DNA of 64,000 nt from Desulfomonilia bacterium (GTDB taxonomy: Bacteria > Desulfobacterota > Desulfomonilia > UBA1062), in NCBI GenBank assembly GCA_050014195.1, contig JBEKDT010000010.1, positions 64,001 through 128,000 on the forward strand, in the 5' to 3' direction. The notes beneath the pieces were generated by a model, which made no database searches, was not told the origin of the DNA, and saw nothing but the letters and a program-made list of their open reading frames with translations. Below, one piece after another: positions 31,582 through 41,606 of this stretch (positions are counted from its first letter, which is position 1; each line of letters starts with the position of its first letter). Made by a program: the position numbers and the translations under genes.

Positions 31582-32808
31582 TCAGACACTATTGTTTACT
31601 TTCTTCCGATCAATCTCAGTCAACAGGAGAACGAGAACCAATGCAACACCAAAGAGAGAAGAAAGTAATGTCATGTTGAAGAATATTACAAAGATTATTC
31701 CGGTGATTTGACCACTCAACATTAAAATACCGTTGGAGGTGGCTTCCGGTACCGGATGGGTCTTTTCAACTGCATAGGTCAGCCCGATCGGAAGTGCTGA
31801 AACGAGGAAGAAGCCGAAGATAAAACTGCTCATACCGAGCAACCAGATGCTGGTTGAATACTGCAGCAGCAGAGTAAGGGGAATGGACAAACCAATAGCC
31901 AGCACCAGGAACAGCTTTCTTCTATGGTATTTATCCGAAAGGGCCGAGAGGATTACCGCGCCGAATATGCCTCCGACCACCAAGAGACCTCCCATTATGC
32001 CCGGAACAATAGTTGAATCGATGCCCAGTGCCCGGTCTTTGAATAAAAAATCAATCTTTGTCATAATGGCATTAAACGCACCCAGCCCTATGAAAAAACT
32101 CCCCAGGAGCAAAAGAAAATCCTTGTTCGTGAAAATTGATTTCAGCCCGACGGTCATGGATACCTTTTTTTCTGCTGCTATGGGATTAGGAGGCAGCTTC
32201 GGCTTGTCCCTGATAAAGATGAGAAATAGGATCAACCCGGCAAGGGCGATCAATCCGTATATATTGAGGATGACATCTATCCCCTGTTTTATGGTGCCGA
32301 CCTGCCGGAAATGCGAGAGAATGATATCGGGGGCGAACATGGCTATGACCAGTCCGACGAATAAGGCCATTGTCAACAATCCCGATGCCAGCACCCCTTC
32401 CTTTTCCGGAAACCAATTCGACGCCACCTTGGTGAATGAATTCAGTACGAAGGGCTGGCCGATGGAACATCCCACAGTGAAAACAAAGAGCCAGGTGTAA
32501 TTGGGTGAGAATATTCTTAAGAACCCGCACAGATCAAGAAAAATGACACCAATACCCGTGCCCCATTTCAGTCCGTACTTATCGATGCACCAGGCGGACG
32601 GAATAGTCAGGGGGATCATCACCACCATGAACAGTACGGATAAAAAATCTATATAGTCTACATTTCCCCGCGTATACACTGCAGCCACGTCCCTTGATAT
32701 CGGGGCGAAGGTCAGCCACAGGATCTGTGTTATCGCCACATTGAACATGAAAACCACGAGCACTACCCAGCGGTAGGAAGATATCGGTGCAGCTGTGTTT
32801 TGTTCCAT
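31582..32808 (-). CDS. MFS transporter (FLVCR/SLC49-like), paralog 1
   Basis: YRWVVL...QILWLTFAPI start, GQPF...ASNWFP, AVEKTHPVPEATSNG. Confidence 0.85.
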   Translation of the reverse strand: MEQNTAAPISSYRWVVLVVFMFNVAITQILWLTFAPISRDVAAVYTRGNVDYIDFLSVLFMVVMIPLTIPSAWCIDKYGLKWGTGIGVIFLDLCGFLRIFSPNYTWLFVFTVGCSIGQPFVLNSFTKVASNWFPEKEGVLASGLLTMALFVGLVIAMFAPDIILSHFRQVGTIKQGIDVILNIYGLIALAGLILFLIFIRDKPKLPPNPIAAEKKVSMTVGLKSIFTNKDFLLLLGSFFIGLGAFNAIMTKIDFLFKDRALGIDSTIVPGIMGGLLVVGGIFGAVILSALSDKYHRRKLFLVLAIGLSIPLTLLLQYSTSIWLLGMSSFIFGFFLVSALPIGLTYAVEKTHPVPEATSNGILMLSGQITGIIFVIFFNMTLLSSLFGVALVLVLLLTEIDRKKVNNSV

Positions 32809-33109
32809 GGTAACCCTCCGGAATATTCAATACACCTGTCATTAAACCCACTCATCCGGCCAATCAAGAAACTCGATATGAACCATGAATACTTTCTATT
32901 ACAAAGGATTATGAACAGTATCTGTCAGGATCATGGTAAATGAATACCGAGATGAGCCATGGTTATGCATGGCCCATCCCTCTTTGTGGATTTCGGTTTT
33001 AAGGAACATGGAAATTTTTCCAAAATTCCCTTTCAGCCAAGAGGGATCTCCCCATGCATGGATCTTTATACGGGTACTGTACACCCCTACCCTTCAATGA
33101 CTATCTCCG

Positions 33110-34201
33110 TTAAAATTTTACAACGGCCGAGAGCCAGACCCACTCACCCTCGAGGCGGTCCTTCATAGAATATTCGTGTAATAATTTGGCAATGAGATTC
33201 ACGTCCTTGCCCCCGATGTTCGGTGTCCACATGATGGCGGGGCCCACTGCCGCGCCTTGGCTCCTGTATCCACCGGGTGTGGCGAGTCCCATTGCTTTAT
33301 TGATTGTATTGATCTCATCAAGGACCGGGCTTTTATCATCGTTCATTTGCTTATAGTAATAGCCCACAATTCCGAGTCCGAAATGCTCGGAAAGATACTG
33401 CGCAAGGGTGTAATCGACATGAAACTCATTGCCTGTCGTGTAGTCTGAAGCCTGATTCTTGGTGTTGATCATATATCCTGCCATGAACGATACTTCATGC
33501 CCCCCTTTCTGATCGAGCCAGGTAAACCCGACAACCTCATCATAGGAAAAGTAGTTTCTGCCCATATTGTTCGACTTGTTGACATCATATCGGCCCGTAG
33601 TGAGGACGAGGTTCTGGGCTGCAAGAAAATGTAAGTCTTTGACATCCCATACAATCCCTACCGGCACGAACTGGACATCCCCAAGGCCTGTGGTAGTGAC
33701 GTTATCCTTTCCAACAATGCCAAGAGCCGGAGCAGCTGGAATGTAGGCCTCTGTATTTAGTTTTGCATCGATACCTATAGGAATGTTGATATTCGAGAAG
33801 TAGCGTCCGCCGAGGATATTGAGATTTGAGGAATATAATATTTGGACAAGATCGAACCATACCTTCGCGTCCAGTTTAGCATATAAAGCCACAGGACCAT
33901 TTTCGGTAGATTGGACAGCTGCAGGATAATTCTTAAGTGTTCCATCCGTGTAGACGATGTTTTCCCTGAAATACAATCCCGGAGGATAATAATTCATCGC
34001 AAAGTCCCCCTGGGCTCCGGGGGTATAACTGCTTGTGCCGCCTTCGCTGCCATATGCGGGTTTATTCAGCGGTATGAAAAGCATGAACGTGATGAGGAGA
34101 CCCGTGCATGCAAACAAAATGAATCTTGCCTTTTGATTGTGATTCATTACTTGAGCATGATCCGATGTACCCTTTTTCTCTCTCCGTTCTTGCCTATCCA
34201 T
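33110..34201 (-). CDS. Outer-membrane transporter, SphA / MetA-pathway-of-phenol-degradation family
   Basis: EGG.SSY.PG after signal, GLGD, TGRYD....N.GRNY, Y.TGNEFH.DY, GYYYKQ..DD, terminal F. Confidence 0.8.
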   Translation of the reverse strand: MDRQERREKKGTSDHAQVMNHNQKARFILFACTGLLITFMLFIPLNKPAYGSEGGTSSYTPGAQGDFAMNYYPPGLYFRENIVYTDGTLKNYPAAVQSTENGPVALYAKLDAKVWFDLVQILYSSNLNILGGRYFSNINIPIGIDAKLNTEAYIPAAPALGIVGKDNVTTTGLGDVQFVPVGIVWDVKDLHFLAAQNLVLTTGRYDVNKSNNMGRNYFSYDEVVGFTWLDQKGGHEVSFMAGYMINTKNQASDYTTGNEFHVDYTLAQYLSEHFGLGIVGYYYKQMNDDKSPVLDEINTINKAMGLATPGGYRSQGAAVGPAIMWTPNIGGKDVNLIAKLLHEYSMKDRLEGEWVWLSAVVKF

Positions 34202-34369
34202 GAAATTTCCCCCCTTCATACTAAGATAAGTGCTTTTCTTGTTCTTAATAGTATGTCCGCAGTATTTCTTTACAGGGATGTGCATTACAGTTTAAACCCC
34301 ATAACCTCATGAAATATAAGCCCCTCCTATTAAATGATACACTATCGGTTAAGAATGAATAGAGCCATT

Positions 34370-34405
34370 CAGGCCAAAATATATGAGAAATCAGGCCAAA
34401 TTGAT
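34370..34405. promoter_or_regulatory. Direct-repeat site, putative AraC-family binding site
   Basis: CAGGCCAAAATATATGAGAAATCAGGCCAAATTGAT, closely similar to 40152-40186. Confidence 0.6.
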
Positions 34406-34503
34406 TACACCCGTTTCCTGATAATCTCACCATATACATGATGAAAAATTACAATCGTAGAAAGGAATGTCAAGATGACGCCCTTTAGAATTAAAAAAAA
34501 GTT

Positions 34504-35589
34504 CTATTGTTTTTCACCCAAGGAAAATCCGGATAACAGCATCGCAAGCATCCTCCCCACTTCAGAGAGAATCCGGGCGGTAATCTTGTCCAGAAAGGCC
34601 AGAGCAGGAAGATGAGACTCATTGAAGATTACCCGGCCTGCATCTGCCGAGCACATCTTTGTCTGGGTAGCTGCATCCACATGGCTGTTCTTATCCATGT
34701 GCCTGAAGACATCAATAAGCTCCTGGCCGAATTGGTTGAGAAAAAAATTAAATATCGGGTTCAACAGGCTTTGAGCGCCACGAATATAATCATCCAGCTC
34801 GGAGGTTACATCACAACCGGATCCAAGCCCATCACGGGCACCGTGTAATAGTGCTTGCTTGAAGGCTGGAAAACCCTCGCGAAACCGGTGTTCGACATAA
34901 ACCTCATAACCCTGATGAGCAGAAGAGACGATTTGAGCCAGATTTTGAAATGAGAACAGGTTCTTTATCAGCAGCCATGCGGGCGCCGCCTTGACATGGA
35001 GGGGGTTGCCCAGGTCGGCCAGATAGTGCGTGCAGCGCGAAAGATATCTCCAGCCCCAGTAGTCGTTGCCGGTCTCGAATGCCCTCTTGGCCAGATTCAT
35101 ATGAAACAGGAATGACTCGGGCGCCATGCCGAATCTCTTGCCCAGCATTTGAAACTGCATGTGTCTCCAGCCATGTGAGCCGCCGGTGAGTTTCTGGTGT
35201 TTATGGAGATTAAGATCGCAGTCCGGGTGCAGGTCCGGTTCGGTGCTGTAGATGACCAGTATCTTCCAAGGCTCGATGCTTATGTGAGTCGGAGGTTCAG
35301 TGCTGTATTCACCATTTCGCTGGTCATAATCAAAAGTCGTGAACGGGTCTAATTTCCTGACATCCCTAAAAAGTTCTTTATAGAGATCGATGTGCCTCGG
35401 GCCCATGGGCCAGATCCCCTCATGAAGACCGGGGTTCGGTCTTACGGGAACGGGCGGCAGCTCCATGAGCCTTTCCAGCGCATGTACGGTGAAATACGTG
35501 ATGTATTCATGGGAAAACCATGGCGCCCAGGCAGAAGGCAACCGCGGGTCGTCATGTAAATAGTATTTCAGAGATTCTGCTAAAACCAC
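34504..35589 (-). CDS. Zinc-dependent phospholipase C / P1 nuclease fold protein
   Basis: W.....H N-terminal motif, GWRH, HYLADLGNPLH, HQGYE zinc ligands; start uncertain. Confidence 0.7.
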   Translation of the reverse strand: MVLAESLKYYLHDDPRLPSAWAPWFSHEYITYFTVHALERLMELPPVPVRPNPGLHEGIWPMGPRHIDLYKELFRDVRKLDPFTTFDYDQRNGEYSTEPPTHISIEPWKILVIYSTEPDLHPDCDLNLHKHQKLTGGSHGWRHMQFQMLGKRFGMAPESFLFHMNLAKRAFETGNDYWGWRYLSRCTHYLADLGNPLHVKAAPAWLLIKNLFSFQNLAQIVSSAHQGYEVYVEHRFREGFPAFKQALLHGARDGLGSGCDVTSELDDYIRGAQSLLNPIFNFFLNQFGQELIDVFRHMDKNSHVDAATQTKMCSADAGRVIFNESHLPALAFLDKITARILSEVGRMLAMLLSGFSLGEKQ

Positions 35590-35621
35590 CCGGCTCAGTG
35601 CCCCCTTGCCCTGCCCCTCCC

Positions 35622-35682
35622 TCCCTGATTCGGGGGCGGAGGGGAATTAACACGAAGCCAGGATTCATTCATCATGAATCCT
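35622..35682. terminator. Intergenic hairpins after the RLP gene
   Basis: CAGGATTCAT-N4-ATGAATCCTG palindrome plus GC-rich CCCCTCC...GGAGGGG stem. Confidence 0.45.
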
Positions 35683-35716
35683 GACTCCTCGTATTCTTGA
35701 TCCCGATTTTCTTGTC

Positions 35717-37024
35717 TCAGATCTTGAACTCGGTCTTTTTCTTCCAGGTACCGAGTGCAACCCCCAGCTCCTCGTGCTCCTGGGAATATTGATCCAGCGG
35801 AATGCCTTTGAGCACGGCATCGATGGCCTGGCGGAAGGCTTTCGTGCCTGCGGTCGGCCCCTGAGGATGGGCATGAATGCCGCCGCCTGAGCCGATCATG
35901 ATATCCCGGCCCAGCGCATTAATGATATCAGGCACGTTTGCAGGTGTTATTCCGCCGGACGGCATGGGCAGGGTCTGCTTTAATTTGCCGAACGGATAGG
36001 TCAGGTTGCGGCAGGTAGCCATAAAGCGATCGTGCATGTAGATGCCCTTGCCTCCTTGGGAGAAGGGCAGCACGATCGCGTCCGCGCCGCACAGACGCGG
36101 GATTTTGCCGAAGATGATGGGCGAAGAGATGCCCTGGTAGGGCGACATGAAGTACGCACCTGCCAGGTCCATGTGGGCCAGTATGGGAACGTTGATGGCC
36201 GGGTCTTCGGCCAGGCCGCGCATGGCTTCCGGCCCCACGGCAAGATAGTTCACCATCATGGCGTTCGCCCCTGCATCGATGCAGCGTTTTGCCAGGTCGA
36301 ACATGCGCGGCAGGCGGTCCGTGACGTTTACCGTATAGAGGGTATGCTCGCCTGTGGCTTCATACACCTGTTTTTCAACCGCCATGTAGTGCTTCACCCG
36401 TTCGACCGCATCGTTGTAGCGCATATTAGCGATCAGCTCATCGTCTTTGATCACGTCGCATCCACCCATGGCAACGTCCTTAAACAGCCTTACCCCGACC
36501 TCCAGGGGGTAGCCGCTGCACGGCTTGATCATGTTGTTCAAGAGCGGCCGCTCCTTTTTGATACCCAGGGCCTTGTACCATCCGTCGATGCCGAAGGCCG
36601 GCCCCTGGTATTGATCCAACGTTGTTCTGGGCATTCTGAGGTCCAAGAGCTTGAAATTGGGTACCATGGAAATGTTGCCGATGGTGGCGGTCAGGAGCAT
36701 GGGCAGCTGATCTTCCACATTGGCCGAAGGGAAAGCGATCTGGAGGATATACTCCCGGTATTTGATATCATCCGGCAGGCCGTATTCATAGAAAGGCGAT
36801 TCAAAAACACCGATGACCTTGGCCACATGTTTGGCGCGGACTTCCGGCGTTTCGCCGGGAACCGGCACCCAGGTACCCGTGGTCTGCTCGATGGCAAGAA
36901 TCTGGCCCATGAGCGCCATGTCCATGTTCTTATCGGCCCGAATCCAATACGTGGCGACCACGTGGTTTTCCATATCAATGCCCTCTGGCAGTGCTATGGG
37001 CTTGTCTGCAAAGGCATCTATCAT
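35717..37024 (-). CDS. RuBisCO-like protein (form IV)
   Basis: AIEQTTGTW, IKP, GGCDVIKDDE carbamylation motif, PSGGI, GGGIHAHPQG; no small subunit or PRK in window. Confidence 0.92.
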   Translation of the reverse strand: MIDAFADKPIALPEGIDMENHVVATYWIRADKNMDMALMGQILAIEQTTGTWVPVPGETPEVRAKHVAKVIGVFESPFYEYGLPDDIKYREYILQIAFPSANVEDQLPMLLTATIGNISMVPNFKLLDLRMPRTTLDQYQGPAFGIDGWYKALGIKKERPLLNNMIKPCSGYPLEVGVRLFKDVAMGGCDVIKDDELIANMRYNDAVERVKHYMAVEKQVYEATGEHTLYTVNVTDRLPRMFDLAKRCIDAGANAMMVNYLAVGPEAMRGLAEDPAINVPILAHMDLAGAYFMSPYQGISSPIIFGKIPRLCGADAIVLPFSQGGKGIYMHDRFMATCRNLTYPFGKLKQTLPMPSGGITPANVPDIINALGRDIMIGSGGGIHAHPQGPTAGTKAFRQAIDAVLKGIPLDQYSQEHEELGVALGTWKKKTEFKI

Positions 37025-37057
37025 GGCTCTATCCTCCTTAAAGATGTATTTATCTTA

Positions 37058-38467
37058 TTAACCCTTGGGAATCAGGGAGAGCACATAATCCCAGATTTCC
37101 AGGGTCCTGTTCAACGACTCATCATCGTGCTGCATGCATGTGTACATGCGTGTTCCTGCAAGGGTGCACAATCCGTGTGCCATAGTGACGACCTGGTAGT
37201 CATCCGCGACCTGCTTGCGTGTAAGGATCTGCATGAACGCATCCGGAGCGGAGAGGTCCATAGAGAAAAACGCGGTGGTTACATAATGCATGATCGGTCC
37301 GAAATTGTAGACGAAGAACCCCAGGTCGGCCCGTGTGGCAAACAGATCATTCAATGCCTTGGTGAGCCTGTTCGCATAGTCGGTTGCCTTTTTCACGGCA
37401 TCATATTCGACCATGAGCTTCAGGGCATGGTAGCATGCGGCCGTGGAGATGGGGTTGGCTGCCAATGTGCCTCCGATGTAGATCTTTTCGCCCAGACCGC
37501 CGTGACACACGGCCATAACGTCCTTGCGGCCGGCCACAGCGCCTGCCGAAGGGTAACCGTGGGCAATGATCTTACCCAAAACAGTCAGGTCCGGCATGAT
37601 GCCGAATAACTTCTGGGCGCCTCCCATATCTACCCTGAACCCGGTCACTACTTCGTCAAAAATAAGAAGCGACCCATACTGGTCGCACAGCTCGCGGATG
37701 CGGCGGTTCCAGTCCGGATGGACCGGGTGCGCGCCGGATTCTCCGCCGATGGGCTCCACCATGATTCCGGCAACCCCGCCCTTGTCCTTATTGTCTTCAA
37801 AGGCCTTTTCCAATGCCTCAAAGTTATTGGGTGGTACATCGACAAGGTGAGCATAGCTTTCATTCGTGATGCCACGGGAGTTTAAAGACCCGGTTCCGGG
37901 GATGTGCAGGGAGTACACCATCTGATCGGACCAGCCGTGGTAGCTCCCTGAGATCTTGATGATCTTGAGTTTCCCGGTGAAGGCCCGGGCTATGCGGATG
38001 GCAGCCATGTCCGCCTCTGTGCCTGACTGGAGAAAACGGACCATCTCAACAGCGGGCATGTGTTTGATGATCTCCTCGGCGGCCAGGAGCTCATATTCCG
38101 AGGTCAGTCCCGTAGACGGCCCCTTTTCCCGGATGATCTGAATGATCTTTTCATCCAGCGGGTCGAAGCTGTGTCCCAGGATAATGGGCGCCCCGGACAT
38201 GAGATAGTCTATGTAGGCGTTGCCGTCCACATCCCACACATAGTAGCCTTTGGCCCTGTCCATGGCCAGAGGAAAGGGTTTGTTCTGGCTCAGGTTATGC
38301 TCGACCCCGCCGGGGATGATCCCCTGGGCCTTTTCAAAGATCTTAAGCGACTTCTTGTTCCGCTCGGTGTAGAGCTTGCGTTCCGCAGCCAGTTTGTCGT
38401 CCGGGATCGGGTGCGCCGGTTTTGATAGGATCTCGTTTCTCCGAGATATGATCTCTTGATATTCCAT
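37058..38467 (-). CDS. Class III PLP aminotransferase (HemL/GSA-like)
   Basis: DVDGNAYID, SGTEA, SYHG, LLIFDEVVTGFR, LGK PLP lysine. Confidence 0.88.
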   Translation of the reverse strand: MEYQEIISRRNEILSKPAHPIPDDKLAAERKLYTERNKKSLKIFEKAQGIIPGGVEHNLSQNKPFPLAMDRAKGYYVWDVDGNAYIDYLMSGAPIILGHSFDPLDEKIIQIIREKGPSTGLTSEYELLAAEEIIKHMPAVEMVRFLQSGTEADMAAIRIARAFTGKLKIIKISGSYHGWSDQMVYSLHIPGTGSLNSRGITNESYAHLVDVPPNNFEALEKAFEDNKDKGGVAGIMVEPIGGESGAHPVHPDWNRRIRELCDQYGSLLIFDEVVTGFRVDMGGAQKLFGIMPDLTVLGKIIAHGYPSAGAVAGRKDVMAVCHGGLGEKIYIGGTLAANPISTAACYHALKLMVEYDAVKKATDYANRLTKALNDLFATRADLGFFVYNFGPIMHYVTTAFFSMDLSAPDAFMQILTRKQVADDYQVVTMAHGLCTLAGTRMYTCMQHDDESLNRTLEIWDYVLSLIPKG

Positions 38468-38489
38468 GGGAACACTGTCCTCCTATTTT

Positions 38490-40103
38490 TCATTGTCCCT
38501 GCGGCGGCAGGGAACATATGGTGGGTGCATTTTTATTCATTCGCGAACAGATCTTTTTGTGGAGCTTATACAGGTTCAGGAACTCGTCGAATATCTCGCT
38601 GTAGATTTTCGTGTTATCCGGATTGGGCTGGTATTCGGCCTTGATCCCGATGCGATCCGGGATTTCTTCCACCGTGATATACTTCAATGCAATTGCGGCA
38701 AGAAAGGCTGCACCGCGTGCATTTGCATAGATGGGGCCCTTGACCTGCCGGATGGGCCTGTTAAGGACATCGGCCATAATCTGCGACCAGACATCCGAAT
38801 TGGCGCCGCCGCCGATGAAATTGAGGTGCGTAAAAGGCCTTCCCATAAACTTTTCTACCGGGTCAAGCAGCCACCTCTGGTTGAATGCCACGCCTTCGAA
38901 TACGGCCCGGGCAATGTCTTCCCTGGTGTTTTCCAGGGACAGGTTGAAGAAGGAAGACCTGATGTGGCAGTCTTCAACAGGCGTGCGTTCTCCGTACAGC
39001 CAGGGGGTGAAGATGACATTGTTGGAGCCCGGCGGGACCCGCGAAACAATCTTGTCAAGAAACTTGAAGATGTCGGGGGTGTTTTCCTCAACCATGAGCT
39101 CGTCTTTGTGATACAGGATATTGTCCCTCAGCCAGGTAAGACACTTGCCTGCACACTCCTGCTCGGTGAGAATAAGGTATCGTCCGGGGATGGGGCTTGG
39201 GAATGAGCCGAAGGAGTGGAACAGATCGGTCTTTTTAAAAGGCACATGGGCCGAGATCCAGGAAGAGGTGCCGATGTAGATATGGCCCTCGAAATCTCTC
39301 ACCGCGCCCGAGCCCACGCACGCCGACGGCACGTCCGGGGTGCCGCCTATGACGGGTGTATCGGGCTTCAAGCCCAGCTCCGAAGCCACTTCTTTCTTTA
39401 CCGGCCCGAGTATGTCCACGGCCCGTATCAGGTCAGGAAGCTTTGCCCGATCGATCCGGGCCATCTTCAAAAGCCTGTCATGATAAACCACATGGGAGGG
39501 GTCGCGATTGTCCGTTACCCAGTGGAGCAGGATCGAATCGTAGGTGGCTGCAAACCTGCCCGTCAGACGCAGATTGATGTAATCCTTGGGTTCAAGAAAT
39601 TTATATGTCCTGGCATAGACATCAGGGTAGTCCCTCTTCAGCCAGAGTATGTGTGCAAGAGGGTCCTTGCCTGACGCGGCAGGTGCACCCCCTGTCAGCC
39701 GGAGCCAGTGCATGAGTTTCAGCAAGGGATAGCCCTCGAACTTGATGGGGCCTTTTAGTATATCCTTCAATGCATCAGAGCCCCTGCAGTCCATCCAGAT
39801 GATGGCGTTCATCAGGTTCCTGCCGTCCCGGTCCACCGGAACGGTGCCCGACCACTGGGTGGTGACGCTCACTGCGACAATGTCTTCAGCCGGCACCAGA
39901 CCCTTCACAAGCACTTTTTTCGAGGTGGACATAATGGCGTTCCACCAGCCTTCCGGGTCCTGCTCCGCACCTCCGCCGGGAAGCAGGATGACCTTGGTAT
40001 CCTGGAACTCGCTGTCCAGCACCTCACCATATACCGAGATCAGGGCGGTCTTGGGGCCGGATGTGCCCAGGTCGATGGCCAGTATGTATTTGTCTTTGCC
40101 CAT
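38490..40103 (-). CDS. FGGY family carbohydrate kinase (xylulokinase-like)
   Basis: AIDLGTSGPK, EQDP, IIWMD.R, YIGTS, PWLYGERTP, GGGANS. Confidence 0.92.
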   Translation of the reverse strand: MGKDKYILAIDLGTSGPKTALISVYGEVLDSEFQDTKVILLPGGGAEQDPEGWWNAIMSTSKKVLVKGLVPAEDIVAVSVTTQWSGTVPVDRDGRNLMNAIIWMDCRGSDALKDILKGPIKFEGYPLLKLMHWLRLTGGAPAASGKDPLAHILWLKRDYPDVYARTYKFLEPKDYINLRLTGRFAATYDSILLHWVTDNRDPSHVVYHDRLLKMARIDRAKLPDLIRAVDILGPVKKEVASELGLKPDTPVIGGTPDVPSACVGSGAVRDFEGHIYIGTSSWISAHVPFKKTDLFHSFGSFPSPIPGRYLILTEQECAGKCLTWLRDNILYHKDELMVEENTPDIFKFLDKIVSRVPPGSNNVIFTPWLYGERTPVEDCHIRSSFFNLSLENTREDIARAVFEGVAFNQRWLLDPVEKFMGRPFTHLNFIGGGANSDVWSQIMADVLNRPIRQVKGPIYANARGAAFLAAIALKYITVEEIPDRIGIKAEYQPNPDNTKIYSEIFDEFLNLYKLHKKICSRMNKNAPTICSLPPQGQ

Positions 40104-40151
40104 TTTAATTTATATCTTTGCCATGACCGTTAAACAAAGAATAGTGCCGGT

Positions 40152-40186
40152 CAGGTCAAAAAAGTGATAAATCTGGCCAAAAGGAT
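40152..40186. promoter_or_regulatory. Direct-repeat site, putative AraC-family binding site
   Basis: CAGGTCAAAAAAGTGATAAATCTGGCCAAAAGGAT between kinase and divergent araC. Confidence 0.6.
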
Positions 40187-40273
40187 AGTGTTATGATATA
40201 GGGGATACAATTGATTTTGTGAGATAGAATACATTCCGGGTAAATGACTTCACATCGGGGGGGCGATCTGGCC

Positions 40274-41281
40274 ATGGATAGGATACCTTCCTACAGTGCG
40301 AAATGGCTGGTGCATCAGCTTGTCATACGGGGTGTCCCCTTAGACCGGATCCTGAGAGGCACGGACCTGTCCGAGGCCTGGATGAAAGATGAGAATGCGC
40401 TCATCGCACAGGCCGACTATCTGAAGATCGTGGGCAATGCCTTTGATGAAACAAAAGATCCCGCCCTGGCGCTTCATCTGGGCCAGAAGCCGAACCTGGG
40501 AGAGCTCGGCATATGGGGATATGCCATCATCAGCAGCCCGACCCTGGGGGAGGCCAATGAGGTAACCCTGCAGTTCTGGGAGCTGAACGGTTCCCTGGTT
40601 ACGCTGTCCTACAGGAAGGAAAACGATTGTTCCACGTGGGAGATCCGCCCGGCCTTTCCCATGGATAGCCCCCGCGCATGGATTTTTGCCGTGGAAGAGC
40701 TTCTTGCAACCTTTTTTTCCGGTTCCGATTTCATATCGGATCAGGAATTTCCGATCACCGAGATCTGCCTGTCCTACCCAGACCCCGGCCATGGCGACCT
40801 TTACCGGGAGATGTTCAAGTGCCCCATACATTTCAACAAGGACGTGGACCTCTTCCGCATCTGCTTTCCCTTCGAGGATGTCCCCACATCCATGGGCAAC
40901 CCCCATCTGGCCGCCATATGCAAGCAGCAGTGCCAGGAGCTCATGGCAAAGCTCAAGGGGTCTGACGAGCTGATAGGCGCCATCCGGGATGCAATCATCG
41001 CTTCCCTGGGCCAGTTCCCGCGCCTGCCGGAGATCGCTGCACACCTGGCCATGAGCCCGCGGACCCTCCGCAGACGCCTTCTGGAAAGAAATACCACCTA
41101 CCAGCATATCCTCGATGAGATTCGTTCGGAATTGGCAAAAGAATATATCGTGACCACCAGTCTCAGCGTTGACCAGATCGCCAGCCGCATCGGGTTTTCC
41201 GAGGCCACTACGCTGCGGCGCGCCTTTAAGAAATGGACCGGCCTGAATATCAAAGAGTTCAGGCGGATGGAAGTACAATAA
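40274..41281 (+). CDS. AraC family regulator (OruR/SphR-type N-terminal domain)
   Basis: LGIWGYAIISSPTLGEA, MSPRTLRRRL, IGFSEATTLRRAFKKWTG. Confidence 0.92.
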   Translation: MDRIPSYSAKWLVHQLVIRGVPLDRILRGTDLSEAWMKDENALIAQADYLKIVGNAFDETKDPALALHLGQKPNLGELGIWGYAIISSPTLGEANEVTLQFWELNGSLVTLSYRKENDCSTWEIRPAFPMDSPRAWIFAVEELLATFFSGSDFISDQEFPITEICLSYPDPGHGDLYREMFKCPIHFNKDVDLFRICFPFEDVPTSMGNPHLAAICKQQCQELMAKLKGSDELIGAIRDAIIASLGQFPRLPEIAAHLAMSPRTLRRRLLERNTTYQHILDEIRSELAKEYIVTTSLSVDQIASRIGFSEATTLRRAFKKWTGLNIKEFRRMEVQ

Positions 41282-41294
41282 AGAATAGAGGTGA

Positions 41295-41316
41295 ATGGTG
41301 AGCTGCATAGGATATG
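41295..41316. repeat. Degenerate copy of tRNA-Val 3' end (att-like)
   Basis: ATGGTGAGCTGCATAGGATATG vs ATGGTGGGCCGCATAGGATTTG at 51787 (19/22). Confidence 0.65.
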
Positions 41317-41606
41317 GGCCTTCTATTTTGAAGAGTGTGTCAATGTGAATTCAATAAGTTATGTCTCAAAAAACCTGTTGGCAAGTTGTTGGCAAATCAC
41401 TGGAAAACAACTGGAGATCTCAATATGAAACATATGAAGGATATGATGAAAATTGGACTAATAGTTAATCGAAGTAATTAACGGTTTGGCAGCTATATTA
41501 AATCTGACAAATATTACCAGAAGTGTAGAAAAGTTAAAGTGAAGCAAGATCCAATGAAATCAGATATTCTACAATATTCCTTAATATATTGTAATTATTG
41601 ATACTT

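Noticed and set aside
35595-35675. Frameshifted N-terminal extension of the phospholipase gene
   Set aside because: Short upstream ORF runs through GC hairpins, and the W..H zinc motif already lies within the downstream ORF
35717-37024. True CO2-fixing RuBisCO
   Set aside because: GCDVIKDDE context and divergent active-site segments fit form IV; no small subunit or phosphoribulokinase nearby
36032-37609. 525-aa plus-strand ORF
   Set aside because: Antisense shadow of the RLP and aminotransferase genes in GC-rich DNA; no motifs. Same applies to 40340-41308, 48918-49946, 46665-47531 and 58104-58967
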